A stretch of 64,000 bases of DNA, taken from positions 1 to 64,000 of the forward strand of contig RHPI01001132.1 in assembly GCA_009103225.1 (NCBI GenBank). The letters are read 5' to 3'. The DNA comes from Chlorokybus atmophyticus. Taxonomy: Eukaryota > Plantae > Mesostigma and Chlorokybus algae. A program made the position numbers and the translations under genes. Under the pieces are notes generated by a model, which saw nothing but the letters and a program-made list of their open reading frames with translations, ran no database searches and was not told where the DNA came from. Shown one piece after another: positions 8,921 through 21,916 of the stretch; the stretch's first letter is position 1; each line of letters opens with the position of its first letter.

Positions 8921-10941
8921 TGACACGCATCTTTCATGCGTGTGTCAACTTCATGTGATGAGAGATGGTGCATGAGGCAGCATGACATGGTCTCATGGTG
9001 TATAATAGCATGCGTACATGCATGGCAAGGAGGTTTACGATGAGTTCGAGTCACGATGCGGGAAGGCACGACAGCTGTCATGCGCGAGCATGTAGTGTCA
9101 TGTGCATGATGCCCTCGGGGCTGGCGACATGGATGGACCTTGGGATTTTGGCTCTCATAGCCATTTTACAGGGTTTATGTGTTGGGTTTTCATTGGGAAC
9201 TCATGTTTGGGTCCTCATGGACGTGAGGGAGGTGTGTTCGAGGCGTATCTACAGTCAGATACGGAGCTGACAGCATATTTGGGTCACTATGGTATCTCGC
9301 ACAGCTGTTTTCGGAGTTGTGACTTTGAGAAGCCGTAACTTACAGTTGGAGTGGCGGTTTGGCCATGGGTTGGCGTAAAAAGATGCGTCTTGAAGTGTAC
9401 TTGAAGAGGATGAGCTTGGATAAGCCTTTCCTAACTGTTTACCGTTACTTATCAACGCCACCATGACTGTTACTATGCTGGTGCAGATTGACAGTTAGGG
9501 TAGTTGGAGAGTTGGTTGGGCTTGAGCTCAACGGTGGTATATAAGGCTTTGCTAGCCTGTTTCCTAGTTTGGTTGGATGCAAGTTGGCCTACTGGAGTGC
9601 AAGCAACACCTTTGGGAAGAGGTTCTTGGCTGAGCGGATGCGTGTGCACATGCTTGCATGTATGGCGTGTGTGCACGTGTTCGTTGCTGTGCGTTGCTGT
9701 GCATGAAGGGGTGTGTGTCACTGTTGCGACTTTGATGCACCGTATGGGCTGCCTTAGCATGTACTTTGAGTGAGGATTGAGTTGGGACTGCTCTACACAA
9801 GTGAACGGCTGATTGCAAGTCAAGTTGTGGTCTACTTGCCTACCTTTTGCAAGGTGACACGCATCTTTCATGCGTGTGTCAACTTCATGTGATGAGAGAT
9901 GGTGCATGAGGCAGCATGACATGGTCTCATGGTGTATAATAGCATGCGTACATGCATGGCAAGGAGGTTTACGATGAGTTCGAGTCACGATGCGGGAAGG
10001 CACGACAGCTGTCATGCGCGAGCATGTAGTGTCATGTGCATGATGCCCTCGGGGCTGGCGACATGGATGGACCTTGGGATTTTGGCTCTCATAGCCATTT
10101 TACAGGGTTTATGTGCTGGGTTTTCATTGGGAACTCATGTTTGGGTCCTCATGGACGTGAGGGAGGTGTGTTCGAGGCGTATCTACAGTCAGATACGGAG
10201 CTGACAGCATATTTGGGTCACTATTGTATCTCGCACAGCTGTTTCGGAGTTGTGACTTTGAGAAGCCATAACTTACAGTTGGAGTGGCGGTTTGGCCATG
10301 GGTTGGCGTCAAAAGATGCGTCTTGAAGTGTACTTGAAGAGGATGAGCTGGGATAAGCCTTTCCTAACTGTTTACCGTTACTTATCAACGCCACCATGAC
10401 TGTTACTATGCTGGTGCAGATTGACAGTTAGGGTAGTTGGAGAGTTGGTTGGGCTTGAGCTCAACGGTGGTATATAAGGCTTTGCTAGCTTGTTTCCTAG
10501 TTTGGGTTGGATGCAAGTTGGCCTACTGGAGTGCAAGCAACACCTTTGGGAAGAGGTTCTTGGCTGAGCGGATGCGTGTGCACATGCTTGCATGTATGGC
10601 GTGTGTGCACGTGTTCATTGCTGTGCGTTGCTGTGCATGAAGGGGTGTGTGTCACTGTTGCGACTTTGATGCACCGTATGGGCTGCCTTAGCATGTACTT
10701 TGAGTGAGGATTGAGTTGGGACTGCTCTACACAAGTGAACGGCTGATTGCAAGTCGAGTTGTGGTCTACTTGCCTACCTTTTGCAAGGGGACACGCATCT
10801 TTCATGCGTGTGTCAACTTCATGTGATGAGAGATGGTGCATGAGGCAGCATGACATGGTCTCATGGTGTATAATAGCATGCGTACATGCATGGCAAGGAG
10901 GTTTACGATGAGTTCGAGTCACGATGCGGGAAGGCACGACA
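8921..10941 (+). repeat. Tandem LTR array: two full units of 934 bp (8921-9854, 9855-10788) plus a truncated third (10789-10941)
   Basis: GACACGCATCTTTCA recurs at 8922, 9856 and 10790; homology stops abruptly after GGCACGACA at ~10941. Confidence 0.92.
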
Positions 10942-11892
10942 TGATCAAAGTCTTATACAAGTTAATGCATTAACATGTTGCGCCGTGATAATAGTTACAT
11001 TTTACTACTAATACAATGTGTGGCATGCCAATGCTTTCCTTTAACAAGGGGGACTTTATTGTGACAATCATTTTGCATGTTACAAGCGTGCGCTTTTTGG
11101 TATGGTCTTGTAATTCAAAATCTTGTTCTACAAGACGCGTCAACATTTGCAGTTAGCATACATAACAATACAATCTCGAGCAATGCTACTGCCAGCAGCC
11201 TGCTGGTAGCATTGCTACCGGTAAAGGGAATTCGCTTCTACTGAGGTTCAGTCCAACTTGCGCTGCCCAAGCTTCCTTTTGGTATGCAATCCCTGATCTT
11301 GTCGCGCTTAGCAATGACACTGCGTGAACAAAGTGCATATCTCAATAAGCCGACGTCAGCCGGAGTCAGCAATGAAAGATATCCTCTGCACCGTTTCGAA
11401 TTTCCTCCTGCCTCCAGTGAATCCTGCCACGTCGGCGCGCCCCGTGCTGGAAATCGCGATCGCGATGTCGGACATCGGCTGCAGGGGATTCTGTAACGCC
11501 CCTTCCCGACAACGGCACGGATATCGCAGACTATATATTGTTGCTTTGAACCATGGCAGTAACAAAGCGTTGTGGTGTGAACAACTCGGGGCGCTTCAGG
11601 TTGACAGAGGTGAGCTTTGGGCCTGTGCATGCTTTGGTAGGTGTGCGTGTCGTTGGCATTGTGCGTGTCTCAATGTGAACAGGTTTGTGTGTGGTGCATT
11701 GGTTGATGCGGTGTCATAGTATTCTGCCTGTGTGCACTACTTGAGTAGCAAGTAGCGATAGAACGGTGCACGCCCGTTCTGTCTTGTGCCCTTAGTGGAG
11801 GCTGCCAGTTTGTGCTGCTCATGTGAGGTATTTGTCGCAGACTCTTTGCAAGCAATTGGTGTAAGCAGCTTTCAACTCCAGCAAACGCAGCA

Positions 11893-12324
11893 ATGGAGGG
11901 TGTGCGCAAGGTGAGCTTCGCTGATGCATGCATACTGCCCGCAAGCATGCTGTCATTGAAGTTCGGTGCCATTGCAAAGACAACTGCACGCTGACTGATC
12001 AACTGATCTCAGGAGCAAGAGAAGCTGGCCGCACATGAGCACAAGCAGGACGCTAAGGGCAGCTTGAAGGGTGCCGTAGCTGCGGCCAAGGACACAATCA
12101 TGGGCAAGCATGCCGACCAGGACCGCGCTGACCACGAGTATCTGGAGTCCAAGGGCTACGACATGGGTGGCAGCCCCGCCCCGGCTTCCCACGAGGGCTC
12201 TCACAACGCCCCCGGCAAGCCTGGCGTCATGGACAAGGTCAAGGAGTCTATGAGCCACGCCAAGGAAGCTGTCAAGGCCAAGACTAGCAAGAATGCACAC
12301 GAGGCTCAGGAGTACAGAAATTAA
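11893..12324 (+). CDS. Small hydrophilic LEA/dehydrin-like protein (109 aa; exons 11893-11910, 12013-12324)
   Basis: GT-AG intron 11911-12012 keeps the frame; protein rich in K/E/H/G/A with no Cys or Trp; KPGVMDKVKESM resembles the dehydrin K-segment. Confidence 0.65.
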
Positions 12325-14998
12325 GTGGATCTTGCGAAATGGAGCCGTAGCATACAAACACCAAGTAGGTAGACAGCTAGTGTAGACATTCTGTACAGAC
12401 AGTCTGCGGTGACAGCGCAGCAATTGTAACGGTATGTGTGTATTCTCTTCCACTTCCACTCTGCATTTGCGTGGAACACAAGAAAGTCTGCGGTGTTAGC
12501 AATGGCATATCCTGTGTGCATGTGTGTGAAAACTTGCCCAATCCCGCGTTGATCTTTAAGCATGCAACTAAATATCTGTTTTTTGATTCATGCAAAGTAT
12601 TGTCCGTTGCTGTGCAAGGACAGTACTTGTCTATAAGTCTGCAAAAGTACTAAAACATACTGTACATGCACCTTACTGCACAGGAAAGTTAATCAACGAC
12701 TGTTCAACTGTTGCACAGTGTAGGTGGGTAAAACAATACCAACTTATTGTGCATACACCTTACTGCAAAGACTATTTGGCCAATAACTGTTCGCTGCTAG
12801 CACAGTGGGATTGTATAAACGCCGATGTGTAGCCATTGAGTTGGCAGTATGCTTCGTCCTACACTGCTGACTACTAGCGAATGGCTTGATAATTCTGTGG
12901 TGACTATCAGGTCTTGATGGTGCATTAACTTGCTTGCGGTGTATGTGTCACACTCATGCACCGCATCTGCTACGCTCAGTGCTTGTAAATACAAGTTACA
13001 AGCTTGTTCCTAACTGAAGGCAATTTAAGCACCCATTAATTCTGCACTGCATGCACTAGTCTCTCAAATGTCCTCACAACAAAGCTGTTGTTACAGAACC
13101 ACGCGCGTGAACACCAATTTCACCTCATGGTACCAGTAGGCACAAACAATGCCCCCCGGAGTAAAACACATCCATGTCTCTTTGTTTGGCGGGNNCTGGC
13201 CTTGGGGGGGACATTAAGCTACTGAAGCTAGCAAGCATAACAGCATACCACAACCTTCAACGACACCTTCGAAAATACCATTGTGTTCCCATGTCATACA
13301 TTGATTCATTGAGGCTTAGTGGAGGTGAACGCAAGTGATCGCCATGCTGCTGACAGCTCGCAGAGTCCTGTCTGCTTGCATGACGTATGCTCATTCTAGC
13401 ATATCATGTCTTGTACGCTGGCATATGGTGATGCCACTGGCCAACTGTCTCCCCTCGCCTGCAGTCTTAGGAAAGACGACGCTTGAGGGTGCTTCCTATG
13501 AGCACTGGTATTGCTACCCTATGTCATGCTTTGGAGACAGAGAAAATGAGGTCTGCATGTGTATACGTCTTATATGTACTCAGCAGGTGGACACCCTACG
13601 TCATAGTAAACACTTGTCTGCTGCAGGTGGTGGCTGCTCGCAACTGTACCGCAACAGAGGGAGGGAAGACCACACTTGTTACGCAGACCTGTAGTTATGC
13701 ATGGGCATGTCATTGCAGTAGCACAATGGTGGATGACTGCATTGTCGACACAGAGAGTCACTGCGACAACATACTACGGATGCCTACGGATGCCTCCTCA
13801 CTCAACTACTGCTCAAGGGACACTTGCCGGCCTACAGATCACCGCCTTTGGTAGCAGCCAGCTCCACTCCAGTAAAACGCCCTGGCTGGCAAAAGCCTGA
13901 TGCTTACCCAAGACAACCAATGCCACTATCACCGGCACCGCCACTACTCCGCTGCCCCCAGCCACACCGGCAATGCCAGCCATACCGCCGCCACTAGCGC
14001 AGAAGCATAAACTGTTGTGGGCCAGAAGGAAAGCCGCGGGAAGATACGTGGCCGCGTGCGACAAACGTAACCAAAACTCAACGTTAGCTAAGAGGTACTC
14101 TTCCAGCGAAGATTCTCTCAACTGCTAACGTGCAGAAGGTCTGTACGAAGAATATGTCCAGCAAGTCGGTTACCTACCGTAGCTTTGCTGAGTACACTGC
14201 GCAGCAAGCAGCTTAGCATTGCACGCAGCACCTCGGTGCGGCGGCGGCGGTGGGGTCGATGCAGTCGTAGCTCAGGCAGGCGCCCTCGTCCCCCTTGTTT
14301 CTCGTGCTGCCCACACCATAGGTACAACAGCCTTCTACGCGCTGCTTGTATGGGGGTCTGCTATGTTGCCGGTTGTGCGGAAAGGCAGAGCTAAGTGGCA
14401 GCAGCTCGATGCATTATGAGAAGGAATGCTTGCGTCACCCACAACTGCTCTATTCCTTGCTCGTGTGTTGAGCGCAAGCATATGCGTCGTCGGTTGTTCG
14501 TCGCCAAAGTTTGTTTGTTACGCTTTACTCCAGCTAACCGGTCGGCATGTCCTGTGATACCTTTGCCTTGTGCTGCACGTACCAGCTGTCACCAGCATGC
14601 TGCTATGCATGAAGCTCTGCAGGAGGCTGTCGTAAAGGCAATGATGATCAGCTTGCACGCTGCTGGACATTGCCGTCGTCATGAGTTCCACGTGATTAAT
14701 GCATGATGCTCGACACGTGCCGCAACAGGGTGATAAGCTGGGTTGTTAACGCCTGTGCTGTGATTAATACACGTACGGGCAGCTGTGACATGCCTGCACG
14801 AATAAATGTTGTCTGACTGACTGTGCACTTTTTGAGCCACCAGACGACATTTCATTTTCAGCTCACTTCCAGTTCTTACTAAGCTTGAAGTTCGCACGCT
14901 TCTCCTTAAAGCCGCGGTTGTTGTTCTTGCAGCATACGACAGCTACAGACAAGGAGAAAGCAAAGGAGTGAATGTGGAGGGCGACTGAGTCCGGCGGA

Positions 14999-17565
14999 AT
15001 GAACGGCGGTGATGTCGGAGGCAGCGGGTTCGGCGGCCTCCTGGCGCATGGCGTCTCGGTCAAGAGCAGGCGCCAGTACTTGGCGGCCTGCAAATGGCTG
15101 TGCGTCCTTCAATTGGTATGCTAAGCTGCTGTCGAAATCGTGCGAATGCTCCCAATGCTTTTATAATGCGCCAGTTGTGCTACCTGTGTCAGGTCCATGC
15201 TTTACAACAACATGCAAACACATGAGAAGCCACATGGTATTTTGGTACCAGGAGTGTAAAATCGTGCACAGCAGTCTTGGTTGCATCGTTTATCATAGCA
15301 AGGGCTTTCGCACGCATGCATTACATACCACGCATGTAAGCAACGAGCATTTTAGACTGCTTTCATTGCGTGCAACTGCAATCACAGCCCTTCTTCCCCA
15401 AGTAGCTTGTTGCACTGGCACAGAGGCATTTCGAAATACCGCGTGCGGACATGTCAGTCTTTGTGTCTCAGTGATGCATTGTGCTCATTGCTGCCATGGG
15501 CAGGCCTGTGGGTTTGGTGTTGCGGCAGCAGCGCTGTCCTACCTGTACTCTTTCACCGCGATCACTGGCGCCTTTGTTGGTGGCCTCCTGGTTGTAGTCG
15601 GCATCTTCGGTCTTGCTGGAAGCGCAAGCTCTGATCGGCGCCTGTTGACTTTGGTAACTAAACCGAACCAACATGACAGTATCCAATGTGAAATAGCTGC
15701 GCGGTTTGTGCTGACTGCAGTATTGGCCTGTTTTGTGCAGTACTTGTTGGGCGCTCTGCTCGCTATGATGCTGAGCTTCCAGTTCATGGCGCAAGTTGAA
15801 CGACAGGTATGGTTGTATCAGTTCATCTCACAAACCACAGGTCTGTCAGATTCGGTAAAGTGGCGTATGTGTGAGCGTCATGCATGATTGTCATTGCAGT
15901 GACACAGTGCAGGTGGCAACGAGTCATACAGCGGTTGCATATTGTATGTTTTCAAGATCCAGATGCCTCCTGATTGTACGCATGTTGTGGTGTGTTCTCC
16001 CGGCAGCAGAAATGCCACATCTTGTGCGGCATTGGTTGACAACAATGATAAGTCTAACAGAATCAAGAACGTGATTGGTCAATTGCGTATGCGCGAAAAT
16101 TAGCCTTCATGCACTGCTAGACATGTTGTGCGCCCCTGGGTGTGTGGTGGGCACTGTTTGTACAAGCAGGGGTGCTTATGACCATGGTGTACCAAGATTA
16201 CATGCGCATGTTTGCTCAGTCGTACACATGTTCTTGTCGGTTGCAGTACACCAAACGGTTAGCATAGAGCATTAAGCGCACTATATGTAGCACATCAGAG
16301 GTACCAAGTGATGTTGATTTCTATTTTGAAAACACGCATGCACAAGCGCGCAGTCCGTGAGTGGTGTCTCTGCAGTCATCACTCACTGCCGTTGCGCAGG
16401 CTGTTACGGACTGCACACTCGCAGAGCTCAATGGCCGACTGAGGATTATGGAGGCAGATCTCACCAGACAGCAGTACTCTCAACAATTCGTTGATATTGT
16501 AACGAGGATGGATGAAGTTGAGGTGAGAATTCCTCACGTTAGTGGTGCTATCACCGCCTCAGCAGAACAATTTATCCTGAGTTTCTGTGTATATAGGACG
16601 TGCTCGACTTCATTGCAGCAGACAAGAAAGGAGGCCAGCACAACATTCACCATCAGCAAATTGCATCCGATAGGTGGGCTGTCAGACATTGTCGTTATTG
16701 ACATGCTTGGGGGTTACATGTACCCAAAGACTTGTTTTCATGCGACCAGGCATGCACGCACATGGTGATCGGTGTTGTTTTATGGAAATTTTGGCAATTA
16801 ACAGGGCGTACATTTCTGAGAGGCTGAAGGTCCTGAAGGAGCACGCAGAAGAGATCATGAAAGTGACTGAGGACGCTCTTGAGCTTCATGCAAACCAAGC
16901 CAACACCGAGACCGATCCGAAGCGCGCCTCGCCGTACAAGATGACTGATGAAGAACACGAGATGATGGTGGATCGCCTCAACTCCATGGGCAACGCCATC
17001 CACCTCATCGACATGCATCTCAATGACAACTCCCCAATGGACCGCGAGGAGTACCTGCAGATCATGGAGGAGCTCGCTGAGATGTACAACCCCCAGACCA
17101 AGAAGCCGCACAAGCCGCAGATGCCGGAGCGCCTGCAGGCAGTTCAACGGGAGATTCCCCGTGCTCACGCGGCGTTCGACACGCTTGACCGCGTCAAAGA
17201 CGATCATCAGGAAGACAGGTACTGAGCATTCGGTTATGAGCTAAGCCAGCTGTCTCACATGGCGACTTGCGCGCATATGTGCAATGGCTTACAATTTACA
17301 TTGCAGGTCTTACGTTCTGGAGAGCTTCCGGGCAAGGCTTGCTGACAAGCAGCAGAAGTATTGGCAGGACGAGTTTGATGACGAGTTTGCGCACCACGAG
17401 CTTGATGACCTCGCCATGGCCAACGACATGCCAGAGCACTGTGTGCAGGAGAGCCACGCGTGGAAAGCCATGCTGGGTCTTGGCAGCGCAGTCATTATAC
17501 TTCAGCTGCTCTCTTCTTACTGCGTGCTGTCGCTTCTGTTCTTGCTACCGGTTAAGTCGGAGTAG
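14999..17565 (+). CDS. Tetraspanin-like 4-TM membrane protein, ~401 aa, 7 exons
   Basis: Exons 14999-15115, 15504-15653, 15741-15806, 16400-16522, 16597-16673, 16805-17218, 17307-17565 join in frame through GT-AG introns; three N-terminal hydrophobic helices (GLLVVVGIFGLAGS; RRLLTLYLLGALL), a long loop, then a fourth helix near the C-terminus. Confidence 0.7.
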
Positions 17566-18918
17566 AGTAGTGCATTGATGAGGGTGCAGCAGTAGTAGTT
17601 GGGTTCTGTTGGGATACACTTGCGTTGCAATTAAAGTTTTGGCATTGTGTTCGTGTATATATAGTCAAGGTTGCTCGAGTTCGTACGTCGCGTATTGTCA
17701 CTGTCTCCGCTACGTGTCATATCTTGTGCAAGCGCATCTTGTTAGCATAACTAGACTATACTTAAGTTGGGGTTACACGGTCAGCTGAGCCCTCAAGTGT
17801 TGTGCGCATTCTGCCCTCTGAGTCATAGGAATTGGATCTGATAGCTTTCACAGACTGGTCATGATGAACGCCTGCTACTGGACACCACTACTACCACATG
17901 TGGCCCTCAGCTCGGTGGAAGGGCATGGCAGTGGAGCCAGCCAAGTGCTGAAAGTACAATGACCACGCGCGTTTGGAACCAGTTCGTCCCTCTATCAGTC
18001 GATACCTCTGGCACTCTTGGTTCCTCCTTCACGAGCTCCACGAGCTAATCACCAACTATGCGCGCCACGTAGTTCAGCACAGGGTATTCTTGCTAGCCGT
18101 AAGTCGGGTTTTTGCCCTTGCTTGTACATAGGCATAGGCGTTGCAGCAGGCTTAGGACTTGGCGCTATTCAAAGTAATTACGGCTGTGTGCACGATTCTG
18201 GGCTAGCCAGCCCCATGGCCTGGCCGTACGACTACCATTTTGTACATTGCAGCGCTCTTGATGAGCCCTACATGCTGGCGTGCATAATGTGGCTATGCGA
18301 GATGCGACGCTTGTATGGTGGCTATCAGTTGGTATTGCGGGTGTGCGTGGCTTGTGCTCGGTTGTTATGTGTAGCAGTATGGTTTCTACCACTCTGACAG
18401 TACCAACGTTTACAGCACTAATGTTGCAACTAGGTTAATCACAGTTTGAAGTAACTGATGAAGGACGACCATGGTGAGTGTACGCTCCACATTGCCACTT
18501 TGCGCAGGGCGGAGCCACGGCGCCTTGAGGGCTTCATTCGCATTTGCCGTCAGCGTGTGGCATGCGCCTTGCAGCGGGCGCAGGCGATAGCGATCTTGGA
18601 GCGAGGAGTTGCAGCAGTGGCGGCGTTGCCGGGATGGGGTCCTGCGGCGCAAGGCCCACCAACTACTGAGGCAAACGCCGCGCTTACTTAGCATGGCGGG
18701 GTGTGCGTGTTGGTTTGTGTGTTGATTTTGTATTGTTGAGCGGATAGGTATGGTAGCAGCACTGAGAGCAGACGCTTGTATACGAATGACAATAGCGGTT
18801 ATCAACATCAAATGACATTAAAGCCTCCATGCACTAGAGACAAGCTGGAGTACACATGAGCCCGATAGCAATGTATGACAATGATTGTGATACTCTCACT
18901 TGATGAGACTTGGTAATT

Positions 18919-20866
18919 TTACAAGCCATAGCTGCCAGCCACAACATCCAGAATCTGCGTGTTAAGGTCGAAACCGAGTACTTTCATCATGTCCTTGATG
19001 CGTGCGGGAGGGTTGGGCGCTTTCGCCATGCGCAGCCACTGGTAAGTCACCAGCATCTTGTTGGTGGTCCAGAGCTCCAATGCCTCAGGGTTGAAAACAA
19101 CACCTTGCTGTCGTGTCACCTGCAACCGCCGCACTGTTGGTAGTTAACCAACACTACTGAAAAAATTGGAGTTACACACCATCAACAGCAACAGCACTAC
19201 CTAGAAATCTACTATGCAACGGTGTTGTGTTTGCTTGGCTTGACTGCCATGCAAACAAACAAGACATGGCACTGATATTATTGCATGCTTGCATCTGCGC
19301 CATGTTGTGGTTGGTGCATAGAACCGCGTTATTACCACTGTGCCACTTTTCACATTACTGCAATGCAAAGCTTGGCACAAGAGAAAACAGCAACATACGG
19401 TACCATGCAGTAGCTTACAGTGCAGTGTAATCTGTTTTGATTGTTGTGGACCTTGATGGCATACACATGCTCAACGGCATACGCACATTGAGACACCCTG
19501 AACGTGCAACACAGCAATCAGCCCTGTGATGATGAACCAGCGACAGACCTGATGTGGTACAAGAGCAGCAGCATAGCGTGCAAGCTCGCCACCTCGCCAA
19601 TCCAGCACAGCTGGCAGCCAGGGGAACTCCGTGTCCAGCCGCAGGAACCATAGCCTTACTTCCGCAATCTCACAAAGCTCTCGCGGATCCCCAGGCTCCT
19701 GCGCGCAACAATAACAATCAGGAGAACAATCAGGAGGCCACCTTTAGTCAGTGCGCATGCATGTCTCACTGTCTCTCTCTGCGTGCGTGCGTGCGTGCCT
19801 GCGCATACGTGTGCGTGTGCGTGTGCGTGTGCGTGTTGACGGTGTGCACACATGCACAACATGTTACTGACCTGTTCAAACGCTATGTCCAATCCAATTG
19901 GCCGCTCGAGAAGGTCTCGCGGGTTGTCAACTGACTGGATAGCAGCACGCACCGACGACACGTTCAGTGTCAGTACGTCTTGGTTTGACACTGACACTCT
20001 CAGCGCATTGGGGTCTGGTGGCGCGGGCACTGCAAACATGGACAGGTTGACTGTTGCAGCTTACCAACCAGTGAGCGCACACTAGTTTCATAATACGCTG
20101 TAATATGCAAAGGCAAGGTAAACGATGAGGTAGCAACGTGATGTGAACAGCTGTTTGCGGCATTCACTGGCAGCATGGTCTGCCAATATTCCCTCTGCAA
20201 GGTGCCATCAGCTGACTATGGTATGCATGCATACAGAATTTGGAAACGAGAGAATCAGCTTCAGGCGACAGAATTGCATGCCTGCGACAGGGCTCTGCTG
20301 TATAGCTAACTCCAAGAGCTCAACAGTTATGTAAAAGAAAACCAGCGCTCCCAAATGAACTATGCATGTGGCAGGGACAATAAGCATCACACGACATGCT
20401 TCCATTTTCAAGGAAACACACTGTACGCAAACCCTTCCTGCTCTGCACGTGATTGTGGATACATGCAAAGGGCCGTGTGCATATGAATGTCCAGTGAAAA
20501 CAAAGGAGTCATCAAAGCATGCAAAAGCAACAACATGCACTTACAGTTAATGTCTGGAAAGTCAGCGATGCCACTGGCGCCAGCAGGGTCAAAGTCCCCG
20601 CCTGCGCCCGCAGCAGTAGTCGCCTGGACACCGTTTCGTCGTCGTCGTCGTCGTCCAGCTTGTCTGCTACTGCAACCTCCCTGCTGCTGCTGCTGCTGCT
20701 GCAGGCGGCCGCATGCAACAGCAGAGACCCGCCTTTGCTTGCTGCCTGCTGCTGGAACTTTACAGCTGCACAGCACAGGCTGAGCGGCTGAAGCAGCTGA
20801 AGCTCGCTGTTGCACTGGCAAGCATGCCACAGTAGCACTGCAGGCCACTGGCAGCGCCACCACCAT
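18919..20866 (-). CDS. CRR6: Chlororespiratory reduction 6 (plastid NDH complex assembly factor, DUF1817)
   Basis: Transit-peptide-like N-terminus; spliced exons give GDPRELCEIAEVRLWFLRLDTEFPWLPAVLDWRGGELARYAAALVPHQ and GVVFNPEALELW, recognisable CRR6 motifs. Confidence 0.88.
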
Positions 20867-20995
20867 GACCTCAACCTCGTCCTTGTGATGCTCCCCCTCG
20901 TCTACCTACTCGTCCTCTTCCTGCTCCTCCCGCCACCGCCGCGGAGCCAGTATATATGCCAAGTGAGTGGCGTTGTCAGGAGCGTGCTGTAGAGG

Positions 20996-21891
20996 ATGGC
21001 AAGCATCGGCAGCGGCGGTGGCAGCTTTAGTTTTTCACACGTGGCAGTAGTGCCGGGGTCGGCGACGTTCCCATCGTTGTTGTCGTTGAGGAGGACGTCC
21101 TTGCGCCCGCCGTCCTCTCCCTCCCGCCTCAAGACCGTCAGCTTGCCAGGTAGGGTGGCCACTGTGAAGCTTTTGCCTGAGCCTGTGCCTGTCTCAAGCA
21201 AGAGCTTTGGCCTAAACAACCGTCAGCATAGGCAGACTTGCCTGCGTTTACGGATCACATGTTTAAGCTATTTTTCTAGGTCTGTGGCTGCCTCTGTTGC
21301 AGCAGCTCCACTAGCAGCTTGCCTTGCAGTAGTAGTGGGTTACTTGCTTTTTTGTGTGTCTAGACTGGCAAGCCGCTGTTTCAGCTGGCTCAAACCTGTT
21401 GGGACTTGCAGTGAGGGCAAGCAGTAGCAGCAGCAGCACCGCTGCCAAGAGCTTGCGTACCTGTCGCCGCTGCAAGCAGCAGTTTGACCCCGCTGAAAAC
21501 GGGCCTCGCGCCTGCCGCTATCACACAGCCCACTACGGGGGTAAGCAGTGGCAGTTGCTGTTGGAACACATGTGTACAGCTGCTGTCGGGACACATGTGT
21601 TGAGCAGTTCTATTTTATTGTCACGAAAGCTGTTGATTTGGTGGAAAGCTGGATTCAGAGTGAGAGACAGTGACTCTTGTGTTGGGTGATAAGCTCGTGT
21701 TGTGTTGTAGCCTCTTGAAGTGGCTGTTTGCTGCAGGTGAGACGCGGCGCAAGTTTGAAAGCGTGTACACGGGTGGCACATTGAACACGTCTGGTGGTGG
21801 CAAGATTGACTCTTACTGGCACTGCTGCGGAAGCCCTGAGGAGACTGATCGGGGCTGTGAGTACGCACCTCACGAGACGTGGGACGACTAG
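20996..21891 (+). CDS. Small plastid-targeted Zn-binding protein conserved in plants (Btk-type Zn-finger-like); exons 20996-21149, 21364-21540, 21737-21891
   Basis: Ser-rich transit peptide; CRRCKQQFDPAENGPRACRYHTAHYGGETRRKFESVYTGG...YWHCCGS...GC...H...WDD stop; intron phases are consistent. Confidence 0.8.
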
Positions 21892-21916
21892 TTGATTCAT
21901 ACTTGTCTTGTGCAAC

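Larger units (their letters stand above)
780..9870 (+). mobile_element. Full-length Ty3/gypsy LTR retrotransposon encoding a C5 DNA methyltransferase and a PHD finger
   Basis: LTR - PBS - single gag-pol ORF with PR-RT-RH-IN order (gypsy) - PPT - LTR. Confidence 0.95.

Noticed and set aside
1912-8926. Many antisense and alternate-frame ORFs overlapping the polyprotein
   Set aside because: Shadow ORFs expected in GC-rich coding DNA; no motifs.
13149-13215. AATGCCCCCC...GGGGGGGACATT inverted ends around an NN
   Set aside because: Could be termini of a collapsed element, but short, low-complexity and next to an assembly ambiguity.
13335-14420. Several medium ORFs and a possible minus-strand exon (MAGIAGVAGGSGVVAVPVIVALVVLG)
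   Set aside because: I could not build a consistent spliced model or recognise a domain.
14863-15093. Minus-strand 76-aa ORF
   Set aside because: Antisense to exon 1 and the 5' UTR of the tetraspanin-like gene, which has the better-supported model.
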